From Parcubacteria group bacterium (GTDB lineage: Bacteria > Patescibacteriota > Minisyncoccia > Phycocordibacterales > Phycocordibacteraceae): DNA of 64,000 nucleotides. Both the position numbers and the translations under genes were made by a program. The notes beneath the pieces were generated by a model. That model saw only the letters and a program-made list of their open reading frames with translations. It had not been told where the DNA came from and searched no databases. The stretch covers positions 111,867 through 175,866 of the forward strand of contig JAQBRG010000004.1 in assembly GCA_028286615.1 (NCBI GenBank). Direction: 5' to 3'. This document shows positions 36,217 through 45,027 of the stretch, one piece after another (the stretch's first letter is position 1; every line of letters begins with the position of its first letter).

Positions 36217-36819
36217 GTGTTCTTTTCTCTCAGCTCTAGCAATAGTGGCCTGCCCCTACTGGTCCACTGCGAATGGGACGCTCATAATACATCCTGCGAT
36301 CTCTTCTTTTGCTGCTCGCAAGAGCAACTCCGGGAACTGCTCGCTTCGGGCAGTCTGCATGAAGGCATTGTCGAACTCCAGACTGCCTTGAACGAGCTGC
36401 CGCCGACTTCTGAAGAACCTGCAATTCATTTGACCGGCGATGTTGCTGCCTCAACGGGCGCGTCAATCGTCGCTCTCGTAAATAACGGCGTGGAGATCCA
36501 TACACTGACCAGCAATTCAGAACTGAGTGGTTTCTGGCAACCCTCGCCCGATCGTCCTGCTGGCTCAGGCATATTGATTTGGGTCGACATGGAGACGAAG
36601 TATCACGTCGCCATCGCGCACTCCAAGGAGCAAGCCTGCTCAGTTGTTCGTGGGTTAGCGGACTGGATGGACCATGCTCGAATTCAACAGCTTTTGAACA
36701 AGATCAGTTTGTGGAATGCTCCGGATACGTCTGAAGATCCAGCGCTTCTGATTCAAGGTAAAGTTGCCGAGCTCATGCACTGGGGCTCAATGTTCGGTAA
36801 AATAGCGCAGGTGCTTTGA
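36217..36819 (+). CDS. Hypothetical protein (GTG start)
   Basis: A strong AGGAGG Shine-Dalgarno site lies 6 nt upstream of the GTG. 200 aa with elevated GC, followed by a terminator. Confidence 0.5.
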   Translation: MFFSLSSSNSGLPLLVHCEWDAHNTSCDLFFCCSQEQLRELLASGSLHEGIVELQTALNELPPTSEEPAIHLTGDVAASTGASIVALVNNGVEIHTLTSNSELSGFWQPSPDRPAGSGILIWVDMETKYHVAIAHSKEQACSVVRGLADWMDHARIQQLLNKISLWNAPDTSEDPALLIQGKVAELMHWGSMFGKIAQVL

Positions 36820-36838
36820 CAAATATTGACTGAGATCG

Positions 36839-36872
36839 ATCCCGGGAAGCTTAGGCTGCCCGGGATTTTTCT
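36839..36872 (+). terminator. Intrinsic terminator
   Basis: ATCCCGGG-...-CCCGGGAT (8-bp stem) followed by TTTTTCTG. Confidence 0.7.
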
Positions 36873-36935
36873 GTAATTCCAGACAGATAATGCACAAAAA
36901 AGAAACCTCGGCCGGAGCACGAGGCTCCTCCGAGG

Positions 36936-37268
36936 TTAAAAGGGATTGTCTGGAGCATTAATGCGTACTCCGATTTCGCGAAACCGCATCTTCATGCGTA
37001 CCCTGGTATGGGTAAATCCGTTTTCGATAACAAGATGATTCATGCGCGATGCCGCCGCTTCCTTCAGAGCTTTTGCGATTTCTCGAGCTTCTTTTTGGGG
37101 AGCCACTTTCTCGATAGTTACCAGCAGTTGATAGGCGGCGACAGCCTGGTCAGCCGACATGGACGTAATACTTCCAAACACCTTGTGAAGCTGACTCACC
37201 AGATTATCCGGGCTCAGGTCACGAAGCTCTTCGAAGGTGGCGGTAACAGCTGCAACTTCATTAGTCAT
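36936..37268 (-). CDS. Hypothetical protein
   Basis: ORF of 110 aa. An extended GC hairpin with a U-tract lies immediately 3' on the minus strand (36893-36937). Confidence 0.45.
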   Translation of the reverse strand: MTNEVAAVTATFEELRDLSPDNLVSQLHKVFGSITSMSADQAVAAYQLLVTIEKVAPQKEAREIAKALKEAAASRMNHLVIENGFTHTRVRMKMRFREIGVRINAPDNPF

Positions 37269-37353
37269 TGTTGTTCACCTTGTTTGGTTTTGGCCTAGAC
37301 AGACCCTAGCATGTGTTGCAAAAAGACTCCAGTATCGTCCCAGGAACACTAGC

Positions 37354-37384
37354 AAAAGAGCCTCCGAACGAGGCTCTTTTGCTT
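37354..37384. terminator. Terminator downstream of rpmB
   Basis: AGAGCCTC-CGAACG-GAGGCTCT flanked by A/T tracts. Confidence 0.6.
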
Positions 37385-37403
37385 ACTTTTCTTAGTCAGA
37401 TAT

Positions 37404-37646
37404 TTAAATAAGACCTGCCTTTTTGAGAGTGGCGAATGCGCCGTTCTTCTTAATGTGACGAAGTCCGTTTACTGAAATGTCGAGAAGGAAAGACTTGCCG
37501 AGTTCTGCAACGAAGATGTTGCGCTTGTGGAGATTAGCCTTACGACGAACCTTGCCAGTTGGGTTGAACTGGGTTGCACGGGTACGGTTAGAGTAGCGCC
37601 CACCGATTTGGGTGCTCTTTCCGGTTATGTCGCAGCTTCGTGCCAT
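37404..37646 (-). CDS. rpmB: 50S ribosomal protein L28
   Basis: MARSCDITGKSTQIGGRYSNRTRATQFNPTGKVRRKANLHKRNIF is an L28 signature. Confidence 0.8.
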   Translation of the reverse strand: MARSCDITGKSTQIGGRYSNRTRATQFNPTGKVRRKANLHKRNIFVAELGKSFLLDISVNGLRHIKKNGAFATLKKAGLI

Positions 37647-37691
37647 AGTCCCCGCATGCTAGCATAGGGCCACGTACTTAGGCAAATCATT

Positions 37692-38321
37692 ATGGAAATC
37701 GCTATTTTCGGCATCGTAGTCCTCATCTTCTCCATCATCGTGCATGAGGTGGCTCATGGGTATGCAGCTAATGCTCTTGGAGACCCAACAGCCAAGCTTC
37801 AGGGCCGCCTAACGTTGAATCCATTGCCTCATATAGACCTGATTGGCTCTATTATCATTCCAGCGATACTTGTTCTTACGCACTCAGGGTTTCTTTTTGG
37901 TTGGGCTAAGCCTGTGCCCTATAATCCCTACAACCTTAAGAACAGGAGGTGGGGTGAGGCGATTGTTGGTGTGGCGGGCGTGGCAACGAACCTTATCATT
38001 GCTGTTGTCTTTGCGTTCGTAACGCGCTTTGCAGCAGAGGCTGGAAATGAAGCGTTTGCGAATCTTGCAGCCATCGTTACGCTCACGAATCTGTACTTGG
38101 GACTTTTCAACCTCGTACCAATTCCGCCACTCGACGGGTTTACGGTACTTCGCGGCATTCTTCCGTTCCGTGCCTCGCAATCTCTGGCTGCCTTTGAAGA
38201 GAAGCTTCAGGCAGGAGGTATTCTCACGCTTATAGTTATTCTCTTTTTGTTCTCACACTTCCTCGCCGCACCATTCAGTATCTTGGTTCAGAATATATTT
38301 GTGTTTCTTGTAGGCGTGTAA
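37692..38321 (+). CDS. Site-2 protease family zinc metalloprotease (peptidase M50)
   Basis: HEVAHG (HExxH) sits within a TM helix. The protein is polytopic and has the NLVPIPPLDG motif. Confidence 0.75.
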   Translation: MEIAIFGIVVLIFSIIVHEVAHGYAANALGDPTAKLQGRLTLNPLPHIDLIGSIIIPAILVLTHSGFLFGWAKPVPYNPYNLKNRRWGEAIVGVAGVATNLIIAVVFAFVTRFAAEAGNEAFANLAAIVTLTNLYLGLFNLVPIPPLDGFTVLRGILPFRASQSLAAFEEKLQAGGILTLIVILFLFSHFLAAPFSILVQNIFVFLVGV

Positions 38322-38330
38322 CTTACTTAC

Positions 38331-38723
38331 ATGAAAGACTTTGAAGAAAAGATCCGTAAACATCTCGAAGAACGCGCGTGGAATGAACTGCGTCCTTCAG
38401 ATCTCGCCAAATCAATAATTATTGAAGGAGCTGAACTGCTCGAACTCTTTCAATGGAATAATCCTGAATATACAGACGTTAAAGAAGATGCAGAGAAGAT
38501 GGCCCAGATTCGCAAAGAGCTCGCTGATGTAATGATCTATTGTTTTGATATGGCCGTTATTCTCGGTATAGATGTTGAAACTATGTTGAACGAAAAGTTA
38601 GCCAAGGTCGCGGAGAAATATCCTACACATTTGTTTAATAAAGAAACACGAGATAAGGAACCTGGCACTGAGGACGCGTATCTAAAGATAAAGGAGGAAT
38701 ATCGAAGAAAAGGGAAAAATTAA
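38331..38723 (+). CDS. MazG-like nucleotide pyrophosphohydrolase
   Basis: EGAELLELFQW and ELADVMIYC are NTP-PPase EExxE/D motifs. Confidence 0.75.
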   Translation: MKDFEEKIRKHLEERAWNELRPSDLAKSIIIEGAELLELFQWNNPEYTDVKEDAEKMAQIRKELADVMIYCFDMAVILGIDVETMLNEKLAKVAEKYPTHLFNKETRDKEPGTEDAYLKIKEEYRRKGKN

Positions 38724-38727
38724 ATGT

Positions 38728-39315
38728 ATGGAATCTACTCTCAAGTTCATGAGCCTGCTTCTAGATTTTCAGAAGATACGGCGCGCGTATCATGCGAACG
38801 GAGAAGAGAGGAACGAGAACGATGTAGAGCATAGCTACAAGCTCGCCATGTTGGCATGGTATGTAGCTTCAGCCGGGAATACAAAATTGAATATGGATTT
38901 AATTCTGCGCTACGCACTCGCACACGATTTGGTTGAGGTGCATGCAGGAGATACCTATATCTATTCTAAGGACACCGAACATTTAGCTTCAAAGATTGAA
39001 CGAGAAGAAGCAGCTGCACAAAAACTCAAAGAAGATTTCCCAGAGTTTCCGGAGTTGCACAAATGCATTCAGGCGTACGAGAGACGCGAGGATAAAGAGA
39101 GTAGATTCGTATACGCATTAGACAAGGTCCTCCCTGTGCTAGACATCTATTTAGACAACGGACGTTCTTGGAAGCGCGACATGGTTACACTCCAAATGCT
39201 TATAGAGAACAAGACCTCCAAGGTCGCCCTGTCTCCCGAAGTAGAACCGTATTTTACGGAGTTGCTAGAAATCCTTCGTTCAAAGGAAGGAAGTCTTTTT
39301 CCTAAAGATACATAA
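38728..39315 (+). CDS. HD-domain phosphohydrolase (YfbR-like 5'-deoxynucleotidase family)
   Basis: NDVEHSYKLAMLA...HDLVEVHAGD contains the H...HD...D metal-ligand pattern. Confidence 0.75.
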   Translation: MESTLKFMSLLLDFQKIRRAYHANGEERNENDVEHSYKLAMLAWYVASAGNTKLNMDLILRYALAHDLVEVHAGDTYIYSKDTEHLASKIEREEAAAQKLKEDFPEFPELHKCIQAYERREDKESRFVYALDKVLPVLDIYLDNGRSWKRDMVTLQMLIENKTSKVALSPEVEPYFTELLEILRSKEGSLFPKDT

Positions 39316-39321
39316 AAGAAA

Positions 39322-39348
39322 AAGCGACCCGTTTGTGACGAGTCGCTT
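39322..39348 (-). terminator. Terminator downstream of the XRE regulator gene
   Basis: AAGCGAC-...-GTCGCTT with TTTTTCTTTTAT on the minus strand. Confidence 0.6.
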
Positions 39349-39377
39349 CTCCCTATATAAGGAAGTGTTCGAAGAAC

Positions 39378-39893
39378 TTACTGCTCTTCGGGGTTTGCGT
39401 CCATGCCGGCTAGGGCGCGGATGAGGTCGAGGATCTTGTGACGGACTCGACCGCGCCTGATCTTCGGGAAGACCGTGGCGATCTCCAGGCCTTCGGCGGT
39501 CATCAGGAAATCGTGGACGGCGCGATCGTCGCTGGCGGGCGCGAGCTCGACGATGCCGAGCAGCGGATCGGCCAGACCTTCGAAGAAGTAGGAGATCGGG
39601 GCCTGGAGGGCCTGAGCGATCTGATACAGCTTGGAGGCGCTGACGCGGTTGGCGCCACGTTCGTACTTCTGGACCTGCTGGAACGTCAGCTCCAGAGCGT
39701 CGGCCAGGTGTTCCTGGCTGACGCCCAGGATTTTGCGGCGCATGCGGATGCGGGCGCCGACGTGCAGGTCGACCGGATTGGGCTGATGGCTGGCGTCATT
39801 CGCCGCGTGGGCTGCAGAGCCCATGGGCTTCCGGGCGTTGTTGGATGATGGCACTTTGTTGTCCTCCTGGACGGTACTGTTGAAACAGCCCAT
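39378..39893 (-). CDS. XRE-family (Cro/cI-type HTH) transcriptional regulator; high-GC foreign gene
   Basis: HTH ILGVSQEHLADALELTFQQVQKYERGANRVSASKLYQIAQAL. GC is about 62 % in a 60-nt sample. The promoter TTGACA-17-TAATGT abuts the ATG, suggesting a leaderless mRNA. Confidence 0.7.
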   Translation of the reverse strand: MGCFNSTVQEDNKVPSSNNARKPMGSAAHAANDASHQPNPVDLHVGARIRMRRKILGVSQEHLADALELTFQQVQKYERGANRVSASKLYQIAQALQAPISYFFEGLADPLLGIVELAPASDDRAVHDFLMTAEGLEIATVFPKIRRGRVRHKILDLIRALAGMDANPEEQ

Positions 39894-39958
39894 ACATTAA
39901 TACATATATAGGTATTTGTCAATCTTTCTAACCGTTACACACCTCTGTTCTTGCGTAT

Positions 39959-39972
39959 CGAACAATTGTTCG
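39959..39972 (+). promoter_or_regulatory. SOS box (Cheo-type LexA operator CGAACAATTGTTCG) followed by a TATACT -10 element
   Basis: A perfect match to the Gram-positive-type LexA consensus CGAACnnnnGTTCG, 15 nt upstream of the lexA-like ATG. Confidence 0.7.
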
Positions 39973-39986
39973 ACTATACTAGAAAC

Positions 39987-40547
39987 ATGGAACACAAAGC
40001 CAAAATCCACTCCTTTTATAAGAAGAATCGCCGGATGCCTTCTATAACGGAGATAATGAAGCTGTGCGGGCTACGCTCTCGAAGCTCCGCATTCTATGTA
40101 TCGGAGCAGCTTGTTAAGGACGGGATGGTTAAGAAGGATAAGGCAGGGAAGTTGGTGCCGGCCGAAGGAATGTTCTCGCTTCCTCTCGTGGGACATATAC
40201 GCGCAGGGTTTGCCGCTCCTGCCGAAGAAGAACTTGCAGATACTATTTCAATAGGCGAGTACATGCTGCGAGACCCGAATGCGAGCTACCTGCTCCAGGT
40301 AGAAGGGGACTCAATGGAGGATGCGGGTATTCATGGGGGAGACATGGTGGTGTTCGAGCGCACACAGAACTTCAAGCCAGGAGACATTGTTGTTGCTCTC
40401 ATTGAGGACGGATACACGCTCAAATATTTGCGTAAGAAGGGAAGTGCTTTTTATTTGGAAGCTGCGAACGACAGGTATCCAGACATACATCCGAAAGAAG
40501 GACAGATTGTAGGAGTGGTAACAGCAACGTTCCGTAAATATAAATAG
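39987..40547 (+). CDS. lexA: LexA-like repressor / S24 peptidase (winged-HTH N-terminal domain plus an autocleavage domain)
   Basis: QVEGDSMEDAGIHGGDMVVF (Ser of the GDSM motif) with a Lys further downstream (LKYLRKKG). The N-terminus has DNA-binding helices. The gene is preceded by an SOS box. Confidence 0.75.
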   Translation: MEHKAKIHSFYKKNRRMPSITEIMKLCGLRSRSSAFYVSEQLVKDGMVKKDKAGKLVPAEGMFSLPLVGHIRAGFAAPAEEELADTISIGEYMLRDPNASYLLQVEGDSMEDAGIHGGDMVVFERTQNFKPGDIVVALIEDGYTLKYLRKKGSAFYLEAANDRYPDIHPKEGQIVGVVTATFRKYK

Positions 40548-40548
40548 T

Positions 40549-41844
40549 ATGGCGGACTACACTCAAGCAATTATCCATTTCGATGGCGACTCGTTCTTCG
40601 CTTCAGTTGAGCAAGCGCTTGATTATCGCCTCCGAGGGAAGCCGGTAGTAACCGGTGCTGAACGCGGGGCAGCAACGTCGCTTTCACACGAAGCCAAACT
40701 GCGTGGCGTGCATCGCAGTATGAACATGAAAGAGATACGACGTATCTGTCCTGAAGCAATTCTCGTACCTTCGAACTACACCGCATACTCAGTCTTCGCG
40801 CAGCGCATGTATCGCATCGCACGAGAGTTCACTCCTTTCGTAGAGGAGTACAGTATCGACGAATGTTTCGCGGACATAACCGGTCTCGCTGAAGACAGGG
40901 GTACTACGTACGAAGCCATAGCGCTTGCTGTAAAAGCAAAGCTCGAACAAAGTCTCGGTGTTACGTTTGGTGTAGGACTTGCGCCGTCAAAGACGCTTGC
41001 GAAGGTTGCGTCGAAATACCACAAACCTGCAGGCTTCACTTCTATTCCGAACGACGCTATCGAAGACATTCTTCGCGATATGCCCGTGCACGATATCTGG
41101 GGACTGGGAGGAAGCTCGAGTGCCACACTTAAAAACTTAGGAGTACACACCGCGCTTGAGTATGCACAGAAGAGCGATGCGTGGATGCGGGAACACAATC
41201 TTGCTAAACCCATGCGTGAGATATGGCTTGAGCTGCAAGGATATGCAATCAAGCAACTCACTCTTACGCATAGCCATAGGATTAAATCCATTATGAAAAC
41301 GCGCACGTTTACGCCGCCTTCTTTAGATCAGGCATATATATTTTCGCAGCTCTCAAAGAATGTAGAAGCCGCATGCCAAGGACTGCGGTGGCGTCATGCG
41401 AAAGCACGTGCAGGAAGTTTCTATCTTAAGACTCAAGAATTTACCTACCACAGCGTGTCGTTAGGATTCCCAACACCAACGAACGATCCTTCAGAAGTAC
41501 TCAAAGCAATCGCGGCTCATTTCTCTAAAGTGTACGCAACAGAAATTCTGTACCGTGCGAGTGGTGTAACACTGCATACACTTGTGCCAGACGAAGTTGA
41601 AACGCCAGACCTCTTTGGGGATTCTGTATTAGCGCAGGAAAAAGAAGGAACACTTATATCAGTAGACGCGCTTAACCGAAGACATGGACACCACACAGTC
41701 TTTCTCGGCTCTACACTCGCTGCACTATCTGAACGCAAAGACGCACCTGCGAGGAAGAAAAATATACACACACCCAAGTTCCTCCAGGCAGGAGATTCTC
41801 TAAAGAAGTCTCTCAACATTCCATACCTAGGTACTGTTCACTAA
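40549..41844 (+). CDS. Y-family translesion DNA polymerase (UmuC/DinB-like)
   Basis: HFDGDSFFASVE (catalytic Asp motif), YSIDECFAD and the little-finger region. It starts 1 nt after the lexA-like gene. Confidence 0.85.
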   Translation: MADYTQAIIHFDGDSFFASVEQALDYRLRGKPVVTGAERGAATSLSHEAKLRGVHRSMNMKEIRRICPEAILVPSNYTAYSVFAQRMYRIAREFTPFVEEYSIDECFADITGLAEDRGTTYEAIALAVKAKLEQSLGVTFGVGLAPSKTLAKVASKYHKPAGFTSIPNDAIEDILRDMPVHDIWGLGGSSSATLKNLGVHTALEYAQKSDAWMREHNLAKPMREIWLELQGYAIKQLTLTHSHRIKSIMKTRTFTPPSLDQAYIFSQLSKNVEAACQGLRWRHAKARAGSFYLKTQEFTYHSVSLGFPTPTNDPSEVLKAIAAHFSKVYATEILYRASGVTLHTLVPDEVETPDLFGDSVLAQEKEGTLISVDALNRRHGHHTVFLGSTLAALSERKDAPARKKNIHTPKFLQAGDSLKKSLNIPYLGTVH

Positions 41845-41901
41845 TTCCGTAAAAGAGGTGTAGAGTTTGGAAAGGACGCAACCAATAAGGGAGAGAAGCC
41901 T

Positions 41902-42243
41902 ATGCGTAAGCTCTTTGTTGTAACAACAGCAGCCATATTCCTTCTCTCTGCGGGGGAGGTTGTGGCAGAAGATAACTGCGGGAACAAGTCTCGAGATTCG
42001 AGACCGCCAAACTTCTGCTTTATGAATTCAAATAAAGCACAACCACCTGTAAAAGATGTGCGCGAGGATGACCCGTTTCGGGTTGTTATGCCGCTCTCCG
42101 CTAAGGGAGAACGGAAAATAAAGCGCAGCATCAGTCTCTGGCAGGGAGGTGTCTCGAAATATGGCGACCAGAACATGAGCTCGTCTGTCGAAGCAAAATC
42201 CAAGAACCGGGGAATCGCTATCGAAGCGAAAATCCTGTTCTAA
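41902..42243 (+). CDS. Hypothetical secreted protein
   Basis: Signal peptide MRKLFVVTTAAIFLLSAGEVVA. 113 aa. Confidence 0.45.
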   Translation: MRKLFVVTTAAIFLLSAGEVVAEDNCGNKSRDSRPPNFCFMNSNKAQPPVKDVREDDPFRVVMPLSAKGERKIKRSISLWQGGVSKYGDQNMSSSVEAKSKNRGIAIEAKILF

Positions 42244-42255
42244 CAATCTATTTAT

Positions 42256-42281
42256 AGGACGTCCTAATCTGAGGACGTCCT
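42256..42281. terminator. Two direct copies of the self-complementary 10-mer AGGACGTCCT separated by 6 nt (terminator and/or protein binding site)
   Basis: The sequence AGGACGTCCT-AATCTG-AGGACGTCCT lies between the convergent genes at 41902 (+) and 42290 (-). Confidence 0.5.
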
Positions 42282-42289
42282 AAGTTGTT

Positions 42290-42757
42290 TTATACCGTTC
42301 GCTTATACCGGCCAATTAATTCCGCCGTCTCAATTACGTGTCCTTCCATAGCATTCTCAACTGTCTCGCGCGTAGAGCCTTCAGGTATATCAAGCATGGA
42401 ATCTAGAGCATACAGCTTGAAGAAATAACGGTGTTCAGATGGTTCGTGATCTGTTGGAGGACAAGGACCGGTGTAATGCTTGTCGCCGCGCCCGTTTGCT
42501 CCGGGGGTGCCAACTGTCTCTCCTTCAGGTATCTCCTCGGTGTCGGCAGGGATGTTAAACAAAACCCAATGCGTAAAGACTCCTTCTGGCATAAGTGCCT
42601 TGGGCACGTCTGGATCGTCAGCTATTAGTGCTAAAAATCGTGCTCCTTCTGGCACATCTTCTACCTGAAGGGCAGGCGACAATAAGCGGTCTCCGTCGCA
42701 AGTGTACTCAGAGGGAATAGCCCCACCCTCTTCAAATGCAGTGCTGGTTATTTTCAT
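42290..42757 (-). CDS. YbhB/YbcL-family phosphatidylethanolamine-binding protein (PEBP/RKIP-like)
   Basis: TCDGD, DPDVP, HWVLFNIP, YTGPCPP and HRYFFKLYAL are PEBP signature blocks. Confidence 0.8.
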   Translation of the reverse strand: MKITSTAFEEGGAIPSEYTCDGDRLLSPALQVEDVPEGARFLALIADDPDVPKALMPEGVFTHWVLFNIPADTEEIPEGETVGTPGANGRGDKHYTGPCPPTDHEPSEHRYFFKLYALDSMLDIPEGSTRETVENAMEGHVIETAELIGRYKRTV

Positions 42758-44940
42758 ATGTTTTCAGTATACGTATGCCAGATGATGTTTCTGTGTGGAA
42801 GGAAAGACAAAATTCTTCTTAAGATCTGCATGCAGAAGTCTACAATCTTCCTAAAACCACTCTGGTCTACGGTTGAGAGAGTTGCAGACGGCCCATCTTC
42901 TGGAATTCGCTGAACGCTAGGCGTGCTTTCTTCTTGAGTTTCTACAAGGCGAGACGGTTGATGCTCCTGCGCTTGAGGCACCGCGAACACTGTTGCAGAC
43001 GTACTGCTTGGCAGAGAGATTGTATCTGTGAGATGCACGGACGAAGTGTGAGACGGGCTTTCCTGGGCGTGCTCTATATTAGAAGTCTCTGTAGGAATCT
43101 CAGATTCTTCTGGAGTTTCTTTTCCATACACAGTTGTACTTCCAATGGTTAGTGGAATTTCTATATCAATAGTTCCGTCCCCATCTTCGTCTACAGCAAG
43201 AGGAAATGCTTCTGAAATACTGCCGTGAATGTGCATGGTTGCTATCGTGTTCGCCGTTGCTGGTACGTCGGCAATAGTCGATGTCGCAACAATCAGATCA
43301 TCAGACTTCTCTTGTATATCAAGCGAGAAAGTTCCTTCTGCCTGTCCACGCATAACCAGTTCGTACACATCTTCGGCTGGAACAATTGCATACTTAACGT
43401 CACCGAATTCCCCATACTCGCCAACAACTTCGTGCTCCTCGTTATACAGCTCAAGCGTAAGAGGGGAGTGCAAGAAAAAGAAAAGTTCTCTGAGGGGATT
43501 TTGAACTGGCTCAACATTTAAGACATGCTCAGAAGTTTCTGGTTCTTCATACAAGATCTTTTTGATAAAAGATCGTACCTCCTGCACTTCAAACAGATCT
43601 CCGTGCGTGTACTTGTGTATTCCTGTACGCAGAGTTGAAAGATTAATCCAGTATTTATGTACTGAACCGCCCGTATCTATAAGATGCGCACTTGTTGCAG
43701 GCACCACGCCATCTCCAGCCTTAAAGAACTGCGGTCTGTATAAAGATTTGTATGTGCCATCAATCGTCTCTTGTTCGTAGAACTCTATGCCTGAGAACGT
43801 ATTCGCACCCCACCCTGCGAGCTCATATACATCAATCTCTGAAGGAGGCATCCACAAGTCCAAGTTCGCATGCGTACTCGCTCCATTAAATAGAAATGGA
43901 TGCGTAAGCACGTTCGCACTTTCTATGTCTTCTACTTCAGGCTTTGTCCTTCCTCCTTCTTTTGATTCAAGAAAGCCTTCAAGCTCGAGCCATGAATTAA
44001 TACTTTCTCCGTACGCGTCTTTCTCAAGCGTGTATGAATTCCTTGCAGAGAATGTTGTGACGGGAGGATTAATTACATTGTTCAAGTATGAGAAGGATGG
44101 AAGCAAGTTGTATGCCATGGGCGCATGTTCTGCGAGAGTGCGTGCCGTTGCACGAGAGGTGAACAGAGAACAGAGAGAACCCAGAATACTATTTGTAGAG
44201 CATGCATCGAATGGAAGTGCTTCTCCATATCCAAACAGAAGGCCTCCTATAGCTTGAGGTGCGCCACTCTGAGGTACGCCAACTAGGACAATTTTGTCTA
44301 CCAGATTCTCTACGTGCTCCTCAACAAGCTTCTGCAACAAAGCCTTAGCTAGAAGTCCTCCGTTGCTGTGCGCTACGATGCTAACTTTTCCTGTCTGCGA
44401 ACTCGCAGCAAGTTGTGCCAGTGTCTGTTCTATATAAGGTGTACTGGTCGCAACGTTGAAGTAGATCTTAGTGTCTTCTCTCGTGCCGTTCGTAAGAAGA
44501 TCGTCTAAAGAAAGTCGCCAGTCGTATGCGACAGCTTTCCAATCAGAAATGGTGCCTTGGTCCTTAAGACTGGCTAAGTCTTGTAGAAATGAAGCGTAGA
44601 ACCTCAATCCGAAAGACTCGTCGAGCACATCACCCTCGTTGGTATGAATATCAGCTCTAATGCCTTTGCCGTCGTCGTTCAAGAAGAGATCTTTCTCGTC
44701 CCTGTCTCGTTTAGGCTCCCATACCTTGGTCTCCCCACAGGATTCGCCACTATTTACACAAACTGCCGCTTTATACAGCCGGCTTCCTTTAATACCAGGC
44801 AGAAACAGAACATTTGAGACTTTCGGAGCCTCAGAACCCAGCAAACTCGGGCTTTCAAGGTCTTCAGCTCTAGCCAAGCCAGGGCCTGATAGAAGAAAGG
44901 CACCTATTAATAGGGGTGTAAGGCATGTTTTGTGTTTCAT
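42754..44940 (-). CDS. Secreted alpha/beta-hydrolase lipase/esterase (AHSxG nucleophile motif) with a long C-terminal extension
   Basis: Signal peptide MKHKTCLTPLLIGAFLLSGPGLARA. IVAHSNGG is a lipase AHSxG motif like that of Bacillus LipA. The gene shares a 4-nt ATGA overlap with the downstream PEBP gene. Confidence 0.65.
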   Translation of the reverse strand: MKHKTCLTPLLIGAFLLSGPGLARAEDLESPSLLGSEAPKVSNVLFLPGIKGSRLYKAAVCVNSGESCGETKVWEPKRDRDEKDLFLNDDGKGIRADIHTNEGDVLDESFGLRFYASFLQDLASLKDQGTISDWKAVAYDWRLSLDDLLTNGTREDTKIYFNVATSTPYIEQTLAQLAASSQTGKVSIVAHSNGGLLAKALLQKLVEEHVENLVDKIVLVGVPQSGAPQAIGGLLFGYGEALPFDACSTNSILGSLCSLFTSRATARTLAEHAPMAYNLLPSFSYLNNVINPPVTTFSARNSYTLEKDAYGESINSWLELEGFLESKEGGRTKPEVEDIESANVLTHPFLFNGASTHANLDLWMPPSEIDVYELAGWGANTFSGIEFYEQETIDGTYKSLYRPQFFKAGDGVVPATSAHLIDTGGSVHKYWINLSTLRTGIHKYTHGDLFEVQEVRSFIKKILYEEPETSEHVLNVEPVQNPLRELFFFLHSPLTLELYNEEHEVVGEYGEFGDVKYAIVPAEDVYELVMRGQAEGTFSLDIQEKSDDLIVATSTIADVPATANTIATMHIHGSISEAFPLAVDEDGDGTIDIEIPLTIGSTTVYGKETPEESEIPTETSNIEHAQESPSHTSSVHLTDTISLPSSTSATVFAVPQAQEHQPSRLVETQEESTPSVQRIPEDGPSATLSTVDQSGFRKIVDFCMQILRRILSFLPHRNIIWHTYTENI

Positions 44941-44997
44941 CCGGGCAGGATACCTGATGGAGATATGAGAAAAATGACGGCTAAAACCAAGCAAAGG

Positions 44998-45027
44998 TTT
45001 GCATTTCCTAGCAGCCTCCTATATATT
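44998..45027 (+). promoter_or_regulatory. rpsL promoter, TTTGCA-17-ATATAT(T)
   Basis: The hexamers lie 35-65 nt upstream of the rpsL ATG. Confidence 0.5.

Noticed and set aside
39951-39986. TTG start extending the lexA-like ORF by 12 codons
   Set aside because: The extension would translate through the CGAACAATTGTTCG operator and the -10 element. The ATG at 39987 was chosen as the start.
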